Part shown: piece by piece, positions 1-10,450 of the stretch
How positions within the stretch are numbered: the first letter of the stretch is position 1
Layout of the letters: the number at the start of each line of letters is the position of its first letter
Source of the DNA: Auanema rhodensis
Lineage: Eukaryota; Animalia; Nematoda
Direction of reading: 5' to 3'
Length of the DNA stretch: 64,000 nt
Assembly: GCA_964057225.1 (NCBI GenBank)
Contig: OZ059900.1
Span: 22,010,001 to 22,074,000 of the forward strand
Notes under the pieces: model-generated
The model's input: the letters and a program-made list of their open reading frames with translations, nothing else
What the model was told of the DNA's origin: nothing
Databases searched by the model: none
Program-made: the position numbers and the translations under genes

Positions 1-342
1 AAAAACTGGTTTTCCAGCATAATAAAATATTTCTCATGGGAAATACTGTGTTTTTGTATTTTTCTAGTGTTCAGCATGTAAAATGCTTCATTTTAGTATG
101 TAACACGCTGAAATTCGTTGCATTTGACGACTCATATGAACAAAAATCGATTTAATCAATATTAGCTATAAGGGGCGTGCCCTCAGAATATGCTAATTTC
201 CTTAATTTTCTAACCCCTGTTTTTTTGTCGTGAAAGTGGAACTAGACGTTGTACGAACAATTTTGAGCTAAGTTTCATTGACATTGCATGAGTTTGAACA
301 CATGAAATCGTAAGTCAAAACCTTGTTTACAGCGAAATTTCC
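1..342 (+). repeat. Representative 342-bp monomer (arbitrary phase, used as the monomer coordinate reference below)
   Basis: First complete period; about 34% GC by hand count. Contains A/T tracts, 10 CpGs and short palindromes (AAATATTT, CATATG, AAATCGATTT, GAAATTTC). Confidence 0.98.
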
Positions 343-3300
343 AAAAACTGGTTTTCCAGCATAATAAAATATTTCTCATGGGAAATACTGTGTTTTTGTT
401 TTTTTCTAGTGTTCAGCATGTAAAATGCTTCATTTTAGTATGTAACATGCAGAAATTCGTTGCATTTGACGACTCATATGAACAAAAATCGATTTAATCA
501 ATATTAGCCATAAGGGGCGTGCCCTCAGAATATGCTAATTTCCTTAATTTTCTAACCCTTGTTTTTTTGTCGTGAAAGTGGAACTAGACGTTGTACGAAC
601 AATTTTGAGCTAGGTTTCATTGACATTGCATGAGTTTGAACACATGAAATCGTAAGTCAAAACCTTGTTTACAGCGAAATTTCCAAAAACTGGTTTTCCA
701 GCATAATAAAATATTTCTCATGGGAAATACTGTGTTTTTGTATTTTTCTAGTGTTCAGCATGTAAAATGCTTCATTTTAGTATGTAACACGCTGAAATTC
801 GTTGCATTTGACGACTCATATGAACAAAAATCGATTTAATCAATATTAGCCATAAGGGGCGTGCCCTCAGAATATGCTAACTTCCTTAATTTTCTAACCC
901 CTGTTTTTTTTGTCGTGAAAGTGGAACTAGACGTTGTACGAACAATTTTGAGCTAGGTTTCATTGACATTGCAAGAGTTTGAACACATGAAATCGTAAGT
1001 CAAAACCTTGTTTACAGCGAAATTTCCAAAAACTGGTTTTCCAGCATAATAAAATATTTCTCATGGGAAATACTGTGTTTTTGTTTTTTTCTAGTGTTCA
1101 GCATGTAAAATGCTTCATTTTAGTATGTAACACGCTGAAATTCGTTGCATTTGACGACTCATATGAACAAAAATCGATTTAATCAATATTAGCTATAAGG
1201 GGCGTGCCCTCAGAATATGCTAATTTCCTTAATTTTCTAACCCCTGTTTTTTTGTCGTGAAAGTGGAACTAGACGTTGTACGAACAATTTTGAGCTAAGT
1301 TTCATTGACATTGCATGAGTTTGAACACATGAAATCGTAAGTCAAAACCTTGTTTACAACGAAATTTCCAAAAACTGGTTTTCCAGCATAATAAAATATT
1401 TCTCATGGGAAATACTGTGTTTTTGTTTTTTTCTAGTGTTCAGCATGTAAAATGCTTCATTTTAGTATGTAACATGCAGAAATTCGTTGCATTTGACGAC
1501 TCATATGAACAAAAATCGATTTAATCAATATTAGCCATAAGGGGCGTGCCCTCAGAATATGCTAATTTCCTTAATTTTCTAACCCTTGTTTTTTTGTCGT
1601 GAAAGTGGAACTAGACGTTGTACGAACAATTTTGAGCTAGGTTTCATTGACATTGCATGAGTTTGAACACATGAAATCGTAAGTCAAAACCTTGTTTACA
1701 GCGAAATTTCCAAAAACTGGTTTTCCAGCATAATAAAATATTTCTCATGGGTAATACTGTGTTTTTGTATTTTTCTAGTGTTCAGCATGTAAAATGCTTC
1801 ATTTTAGTATGTAACACGCTGAAATTCGTTGCATTTGACGACTCATATGAACAAAAATCGATTTAATCAATATTAGCTATAAGGGGCGTGCCCTCAGAAT
1901 ATGCTAATTTCCTTAATTTTCTAACCCCTGTTTTTTTGTCGTGAAAGTGGAACTAGACGTTGTACGAACAATTTTGAGCTAAGTTTCATTGACATTGCAT
2001 GAGTTTGAACACATGAAATCGTAAGTCAAAACCTTGTTTACAGCGAAATTTCCAAAAACTGGTTTTCCAGCATAATAAAATATTTCTCATGAGAAATACT
2101 GTGTTTTTGTTTTTTTCTAGTGTTCAGCATGTAAAATGCTTCATTTTAGTATGTAACATGCAGAAATTCGTTGCATTTGACGACTCATATGAACAAAAAT
2201 CGATTTAATCAATATTAGCCATAAGGGGCGTGCCCTCAGAATATGCTAATTTCCTTAATTTTCTAACCCTTGTTTTTTTGTCGTGAAAGTGGAACTAGAC
2301 GTTGTACGAACAATTTTGAGCTAGGTTTCATTGACATTGCATGAGTTTGAACACATGAAATCGTAAGTCAAAACCTTGTTTACAGCGAAATTTCCAAAAA
2401 CTGGTTTTCCAGCATAATAAAATATTTCTCATGGGAAATACTGTGTTTTTGTATTTTTCTAGTGTTCAGCATGTAAAATGCTTCATTTTAGTATGTAACA
2501 CGCTGAAATTCGTTGCATTTGACGACTCATATGAACAAAAATCGATTTAATCAATATTAGCCATAAGGGGCGTGCCCTCAGAATATGCTAACTTCCTTAA
2601 TTTTCTAACCCCTGTTTTTTTTGTCGTGAAAGTGGAACTAGACGTTGTACGAACAATTTTGAGCTAGGTTTCATTGACATTGCAAGAGTTTGAACACATG
2701 AAATCGTAAGTCAAAACCTTGTTTACAGCGAAATTTCCAAAAACTGGTTTTCCAGCATAATAAAATATTTCTCATGGGAAATACTGTGTTTTTGTTTTTT
2801 TCTAGTGTTCAGCATGTAAAATGCTTCATTTTAGTATGTAACACGCTGAAATTCGTTGCATTTGACGACTCATATGAACAAAAATCGATTTAATCAATAT
2901 TAGCTATAAGGGGCGTGCCCTCAGAATATGCTAATTTCCTTAATTTTCTAACCCCTGTTTTTTTGTCGTGAAAGTGGAACTAGACGTTGTACGAACAATT
3001 TTGAGCTAAGTTTCATTGACATTGCATGAGTTTGAACACATGAAATCGTAAGTCAAAACCTTGTTTACAACGAAATTTCCAAAAACTGGTTTTCCAGCAT
3101 AATAAAATATTTCTCATGGGAAATACTGTGTTTTTGTTTTTTTCTAGTGTTCAGCATGTAAAATGCTTCATTTTAGTATGTAACATGCAGAAATTCGTTG
3201 CATTTGACGACTCATATGAACAAAAATCGATTTAATCAATATTAGCCATAAGGGGCGTGCCCTCAGAATATGCTAATTTCCTTAATTTTCTAACCCTTGT

Positions 3301-3588
3301 TTTTTTGTCGTGAAAGTGGAACTAGACGTTGTACGAACAATTTTGAGCTAGGTTTCATTGACATTGCATGAGTTTGAACACATGAAATCGTAAGTCAAAA
3401 CCTTGTTTACAGCGAAATTTCCAAAAACTGGTTTTCCAGCATAATAAAATATTTCTCATGGGTAATACTGTGTTTTTGTATTTTTCTAGTGTTCAGCATG
3501 TAAAATGCTTCATTTTAGTATGTAACACGCTGAAATTCGTTGCATTTGACGACTCATATGAACAAAAATCGATTTAATCAATATTAGC
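42..3588 (+). repeat. Two tandem copies of a 1711-bp 5-monomer higher-order unit
   Basis: Rare variants recur exactly 1711 bp apart (5x342+1): AACATGCAGA 448/2159 and 1475/3186; T8 tract with GCAAGAG 971/2682; TACAACG 1359/3070; GGTAATAC 1752/3463. Confidence 0.9.
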
Positions 3589-6500
3589 CATAAGGGCCGT
3601 GCCCTCAGAATATGCTAACTTCCTTAATTTTCTAACCCCTGTTTTTTTGTCGTGAAAGTGGAACTAGACGTTGTACGAACAATTTTGAGCTAGGTTTCAT
3701 TGACATTGCATGAGTTTGAACACATGAAATCGTAAGTCAAAACCTTGTTTACAGCGAAATTTCCAAAAACTGGTTTTCCAGCATAATAAAATATTTCTCA
3801 TGGGAAATATTGTGTTTTTGTATTTTTCTAGTGTTCAGCATGTAAAATGCTTCATTTTAGTATGTAACACGCTGAAATTCGTTGCATTTGACGACTCATA
3901 TGAACAAAAATCGATTTAATCAATATTAGCCATAAGGGGCGTGCCCTCAGAATATGCTAATTTCCTTAATTTTCTAACCCCTGTTTTTTTGTCGTGAAAG
4001 TGGAACTAGACGTTGTACAAACAATTTTGAGCTAGGTTTCATTGACATTGCATGAGTTTGAACACATGAAATCGTAAGTCAAATCCTTGTTTACAGCGAA
4101 ATTTCCAAAAACTGGTTTTCCAGCATAATAAAATATTTCTCATGGGAAATACTGTGTTTTTGTATTTTTCTAGTGTTCAGCATGTAAAATGCTTCATTTT
4201 AGTATGTAACACGCTGAAATTCGTTGCATTTGACGACTCATATGAACAAAAATCGATTTAATCAATATTAGCCATAAGGGGCGTGCCCTCAGAATATGCT
4301 AATTTCCTTAATTTTCTAACCCCTGTTTTTTTGTCGTGAAAGTGGAACTAGACGTTGTACGAACAATTTTGAGCTAAGTTTCATTGACATTGCATGAGTT
4401 TGAACACATGAAATCGTATGTCAAAACCTTGTTTACAGCGAAATTTCCAAAAACTGGTTTTCCAGCATAATAAAATATTTCTCATGTGAAATACTGTGTT
4501 TTTGTTTTTTTCTAGTGTTCAGCATGTAAAATGCTTCATTTTAGTATGTAACACGCTGAAATTCGTTGCATTTGACGACTCATATGAACAAAAATCGATT
4601 TAATCAATATTAGCCATAAGGGGCGTGCCCTCAGAATATACTAATTTCCTTAATTTTCTAACCCCTTTTTTTTTGTCGTGAAAGTGGAACTAGACGTTGT
4701 ACGAACAATTTTGAGCTAGGTTTCATTGACATTGCATGAGTTTGAACACATGAAATCGTAAGTCAAAACCTTGTTTACAGCGAAATTTCCAAAAACTGGT
4801 TTTCCAGCATAATAAAATATTTCTCATGGGAAATACTGTGTTTTTGTATTTTTCTAGTGTTCAGCATGTAAAATGCTTCATTTTAGTATGTAACACGCTG
4901 AAATTCGTTGCATTTGACGACTCATATGAACAAAAATCGATTTAATCATTATTAGCCATAAGGGGCGTGCCCTCAGAATATGCTAATTTCCTTAATTTTC
5001 TAACCCCTGTTTTTTTGTCGTGAAAGTGGAACTAGACGTTGTACGAACAATTTTGAGTTAGGTTTCATTGACATTGCATGAGTTTGAACACATGAAATCG
5101 TAAGTCAAAACCTTGTTTACAGCGAAATTTCCAAAAACTGGTTTTCCAGCATAATAAAATATTTCTCATGGGAAATACTGTGTTTTTGTATTTTTCTAGT
5201 GTTCAGCATGTAAAATGCTTCATTTTAGTATGTAACACGCTGAAATTCGTTGCATTTGACGACTCATATGAACAAAAATCGATTTAATCAATATTAGCCA
5301 TAAGGGGCGTGCCCTCAGAATATGCTAATTTCCTTAATTTTCTAACCCCTGTTTTTTTGTCGTGAAAGTGGAACTAGACGTTGTACGAACAATTTTGAGC
5401 TAGGTTTCATTGACATTGCATGAGTTTGAACACATGAAATCGTAAGTCAAAACCTTGTTTACAGCGAAATTTCCAAAAACTGGTTTTCCAGCATAATAAA
5501 ATATTTCTCATGGGAAATACTGTGTTTTTGTTTTTTTCTAGTGTTCAGCATGTAAAATGCTTCATTTTAGTATGTAACACGCTGAAATTCGTTGCATTTG
5601 ACGACTCATATGAACAAAAATCGATTTAATCAATATTAGCCATAAGGGGCGTGCCCTCAGAATATACTAATTTCCTTAATTTTCTAACCCCTGTTTTTTT
5701 GTCGTGAAAGTGGAACTAGACGTTGTACGAACAATTTTGAGCTAGGTTTCATTGACATTGCATGAGTTTGAACACATGAAATCGTAAGTCAAAACCTTGT
5801 TTACAGCGAAATTTCCAAAAACTGGTTTTCCAGCATAATAAAATATTTCTCATGGGAAATACTGTGTTTTTGTATTTTTCTAGTGTTCAGCATGTAAATT
5901 GCTTCATTTTAGTATGTAACACGCTGAAATTCGTTGCATTTGACGACTCATATGAACAAAAATCGATTTAATCAATATTAGCCATAAGGGGCGTGCCCTC
6001 AGAATATGCTAATTTCCTTAATTTTCTAACCCCTGTTTTTTTGTCGTGAAAGTGGAACTAGACGTTGTACGAACAATTTTGAGCTAAGTTTCATTGACAT
6101 TGCATGAGTTTGAACACATGAAATCGTATGTCAAAACCTTGTTTACAGCGAAATTTCCAAAAACTGGTTTTCCAGCATAATAAAATATTTCTCATGGGAA
6201 ATACTGTGTTTTTGTTTTTTTCTAGTGTTCAGCATGTAAAATGCTTCATTTTAGTATGTAACACGCTGAAATTCGTTGCATTTGACGACTCATATGAACA
6301 AAAATCGATTTAATCAATATTAGCCATAAGGGGCGTGCCCTCAGAATATACTAATTTCCTTAATTTTCTAACCCCTGTTTTTTTGTCGTGAAAGTGGAAC
6401 TAGACGTTGTACGAACAATTTTGAGCTAGGTTTCATTGACATTGCATGAGTTTGAACACATGAAATCGTAAGTCAAAACCTTGTTTACAGCGAAATTTCC

Positions 6501-8544
6501 AAAAACTGGTTTTCCAGCATAATAAAATATTTCTCATGGGAAATACTGTGTTTTTGTATTTTTCTAGTGTTCAGCATGTAAAATGCTTCATTTTAGTATG
6601 TAACACGCTGAAATTCGTTGCATTTGACGACTCATATGAACAAAAATCGATTTAATCAATATTAGCCATAAGGGGCGTGCCCTCAGAATATACTAATTTC
6701 CTTAATTTTCTAACCCCTGTTTTTTTGTCGTGAAAGTGGAACTAGACGTTGTACGAACAATTTTGAGCTAGGTTTCATTGACATTGCATGAGTTTGAACA
6801 CATGAAATCGTAAGTCAAAACCTTGTTTACAGCGAAATTTCCAAAAACTGGTTTTCCAGCATAATAAAATATTTCTCATGGGAAATACTGTGTTTTTGTA
6901 TTTTTCTAGTGTTCAGCATGTAAAATGCTTCATTTTAGTATGTAACACGCTGAAATTCGTTGCATTTGACGACTCATATGAACAAAAATCGATTTAATCA
7001 TTATTAGCCATAAGGGGCGTGCCCTCAGAATATGCTAATTTCCTTAATTTTCTAACCCCTGTTTTTTTGTCGTGAAAGTGGAACTAGACGTTGTACGAAC
7101 AATTTTAAGTTAGGTTTCATTGACATTGCATGAGTTTGAACACATGAAATCGTAAGTCAAAACCTTGTTTACAGCGAAATTTCCAAAAACTGGTTTTCCA
7201 GCATAATAAAATATTTCTCATGGGAAATACTGTGTTTTTGTATTTTTCTAGTGTTCAGCATGTAAAATGCTTCATTTTAGTATGTAACACGCTGAAATTC
7301 GTTGCATTTGACGACTCATATGAACAAAAATCGATTTAATCAATATTAGCCATAAGGGGCGTGCCCTCAGAATATGCTAATTTCCTTAATTTTCTAACCC
7401 CTGTTTTTTTGTCGTGAAAGTGGAACTAGACGTTGTACGAACAATTTTGAGCTAGGTTTCATTGACATTGCATGAGTTTGAACACATGAAATCGTAAGTC
7501 AAAACCTTGTTTACAGCGAAATTTCCAAAAACTGGTTTTCCAGCATAATAAAATATTTCTCATGGGAAATACTGTGTTTTTGTATTTTTCTAGTGTTCAG
7601 CATGTAAAATGCTTCATTTTAGTATGTAACACGCTGAAATTCGTTGCATTTGACGACTCATATGAACAAAAATCGATTTAATCAATATTAGCTATAAGGG
7701 GCGTGCCCTCAGAATATGCTAATTTCCTTAATTTTCTAACCCCTGTTTTTTTGTCGTGAAAGTAGAACTAGACGTTGTACGAACAATTTTGAGCTAGGTT
7801 TCTTTGACATTGCATGAGTTTGAACACATGAAATCGTAAGTCAAAACCTTGTTTACAGCGAAATTTCCAAAAACTGGTTTTCCAGCATAATAAAATATTT
7901 CTCATGGGAAATACTGTGTTTTTGTATTTTTCTAGTGTTCAGCATGTAAAATGCTTCATTTTAGTATGTAACACGCTGAAATTCGTTGCATTTGACGACT
8001 CATATGAACAAAAATCGATTTAATCATTATTAGCCATAAGGGGCATGCCCTCAGAATATGCTAATTTCCTTAATTTTCTAACCCCTGTTTTTTTGTCGTG
8101 AAAGTGGAACTAGACGTTGTACGAACAATTTTGAGCTAAGTTTCATTGACATTGCATGAGTTTGAACACATGAAATCGTAAGTCAAAACCTTGTTTACAG
8201 CGAAATTTCCAAAAACTGGTTTTCCAGCATAATAAAATATTTTTCATGGGAAATACTGTGTTTTTGTATTTTTCTAGTGTTCAGCATGTAAAATGCTTCA
8301 TTTTAGTATGTAACACGCTGAAATTTGTTGCATTTGACGACTCATATGAACAAAAATCGATTTAATCAATATTAGCCATAAGGGGCGTGCCCTCAGAATA
8401 TGCTAATTTCCTTAATTTTCTAACCCCTGTTTTTTTGTCGTGAAAGTGGAACTAGACGTTGTACGAACAATTTTGAGTTAGGTTTCATTGACATTGCATG
8501 AGTTTGAACACATGAAATCGTAAGTCAAAACCTTGTTTACAGCG

Positions 8545-8789
8545 ATTTCAGCGTGTTACATACTAAAATGAAGCATTTTACATGCTGAACACTAGAAAAA
8601 TACAAAAACACAGTATTTCCCATGAGAAATATTTTATTATGCTGGAAAACCAGTTTTTGGAAATTTCGCTGTAAACAAGGTTTTGACTTACGATTTCATG
8701 TGTTCAAACTCATGCAATGTCAATGAAACTTAGCTCAAAATTGTTCGTACAACGTCTAGTTCCACTTTCACGACAAAAAAACAGGGGTT
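8545..8789 (-). repeat. 245-bp inverted satellite segment, copy 1 (subtype A)
   Basis: ATTTCAGCGTGTTAC...ACAGGGGTT is the reverse complement of monomer 212-342 plus 1-114. It is followed by T, then GAAATACTGTG, then resumption at monomer position 105. Confidence 0.97.
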
Positions 8790-9381
8790 TGAAATACTGT
8801 GACGCTGAAATTCGTTGCATTTGACGACTCATATGAACAAAAATCGATTTAATCAATATTAGCCATAAGGGGCGTGCCCTCAGAATATGCTAATTTCCTT
8901 AATTTTCTAACCCCTGTTTTTTTGTCGTGAAAGTGGAACTAGACGTTGTACGAACAATTTTGAGCTAGGTTTCATTGACATTGCATGAGTTTGAACACAT
9001 GAAATCGTAAGTCAAAACCTTGTATACAGCGAAATTTCCAAAAACTGGTTTTCCAGCATAATAAAATATTTCTCATGGGAAATACTGTGTTTTTGTATTT
9101 TTCTAGTGTTCAGCATGTAAAATGCTTCATTTTAGTATGTAACACGCTGAAATTCGTTGCATTTGACGACTCATATGAACAAAAATCGATTTAATCAATA
9201 TTAGCCATAAGGGGCGTGCCCTCAGAATATGCTAATTTCCTTAATTTTCTAACCCCTGTTTTTTTGTCGTGAAAGTGGAACTAGACGTTGTACGAACAAT
9301 TTTGAGCTAGGTTTCATTGACATTGCATGAGTTTGAACACATGAAATCGTAAGTCAAAGCCTTGTTTACAGCGAAATTTCC

Positions 9382-9872
9382 AAAAACTGGTTTTCCAGCA
9401 TAATAAAATATTTCTCATGGGAAATACTGTGTTTTTGTATTTTTCTAGTGTTCAGCATGTAAAATCCTTCATTTTAGTATGTAACACGCTGAAATTCGTT
9501 GCATTTGACAACTCATATGAACAAAAATCGATTTAATCAATATTAGCCATAATAAAATATTTCTCATGGGAAATACTGTGTTTTTGTATTTTTCTAGTGT
9601 TCAGCATGTAAAATGATTCATTTTAGTATGTAACACGCTGAAATTCGTTGCATTTGACGACTCATATGAACAAAAATCGATTTAATCAATATTAGCCATA
9701 AGGGGCGTGCCCTCAGAATATGCTAATTTCCTTAATTTTCTAACCCCTGTTTTTTTGTCGTGAAAGTGGAACTAGACGTTGTACGAACAATTTTGAGCTA
9801 GGTTTCATTGACATTGCATGAGTTTGAACACATGAAATCGTAAGTCAAAACCTTGTTTACAGCGAAATTTCC
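9382..9872 (+). repeat. First 491-bp variant monomer (internal 149-bp duplication of monomer 18-166)
   Basis: At 9548, TTAGCCATAA is followed by TAAAATATTTCTC (monomer position 23) instead of GGGGCGTGCC. Linked SNPs: CAAAGCC, AAATCCTTC, GACAAC, AAATGATTC. Confidence 0.97.
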
Positions 9873-10205
9873 AAAAACTGGTTTTCCAGCATAATAAAAT
9901 ATTTCTCATGGGAAATACTGTGTTTTTGTATTTTTCTAGTGTTCAGCATGTAAAATGCTTCATTTTAGTATGTAACACGCTGAAGTTCGTTGCATTTGAC
10001 GACTCATATGAACAAAAATCGATTTAATCAATATTAGCCATAAGGGGCGTGCCCTCAGAATATGCTAATTTCCTTAACTTTCTAACCCCTGTTTTTTGTC
10101 GTGAAAGTGGAACTAGACGTTGTACGAACAATTTTGAGCTAAGTTTCATTGACATTGCATGAGTTTGAACACATGAAATCGTAAGTCAAAACCTTGTTTA
10201 CAGCG

Positions 10206-10450
10206 ATTTCAGCGTGTTACATACTAAAATGAAGCATTTCACATGCTGAACACTAGAAAAATACAAAAACACAGTATTTCCCATGAGAAATATTTTATTA
10301 TGCTGGAAAACCAGTTTTTGGAAATTTCGCTGTAAACAAGGTTTTGACTTACGATTTCATGTGTTCAAACTCATGCAATGTCAATGAAACTTAGCTCAAA
10401 ATTGTTCGTACAACGTCTAGTTCCACTTTCACGACAAAAAAACAGGGGTT
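10206..10450 (-). repeat. 245-bp inverted satellite segment, copy 2 (subtype B)
   Basis: Same junctions as copy 1; carries the GCATTTCACATG variant. Confidence 0.97.

Noticed and set aside
113-129. CENP-B-box-like ATTCGTTGCATTTGACG
   Set aside because: It matches TTCG and the central A of nTTCGnnnnAnnCGGGn but lacks the essential CGGG (it has TGAC).
210-217. Telomere-like CTAACCC, and TTAGG in some variants
   Set aside because: These are single isolated motifs, not tandem telomeric tracts, and are expected by chance.
1-342. Assignment to a named ~340-bp satellite (for example the primate alpha-satellite dimer or a beetle satellite) or to 5S rRNA/tRNA repeats
   Set aside because: Only the length is similar; I recognise no diagnostic sequence. 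BLASTN of the monomer against nt, Dfam or Repbase and an Rfam scan would be needed.
8545-8811. MITE or transposon with 10-bp terminal inverted repeats (ATTTCAGCGT...ACGCTGAAAT)
   Set aside because: All of the sequence derives from the satellite itself, there is no target-site duplication, and every copy sits at the same monomer position, as expected for tandem amplification rather than transposition.
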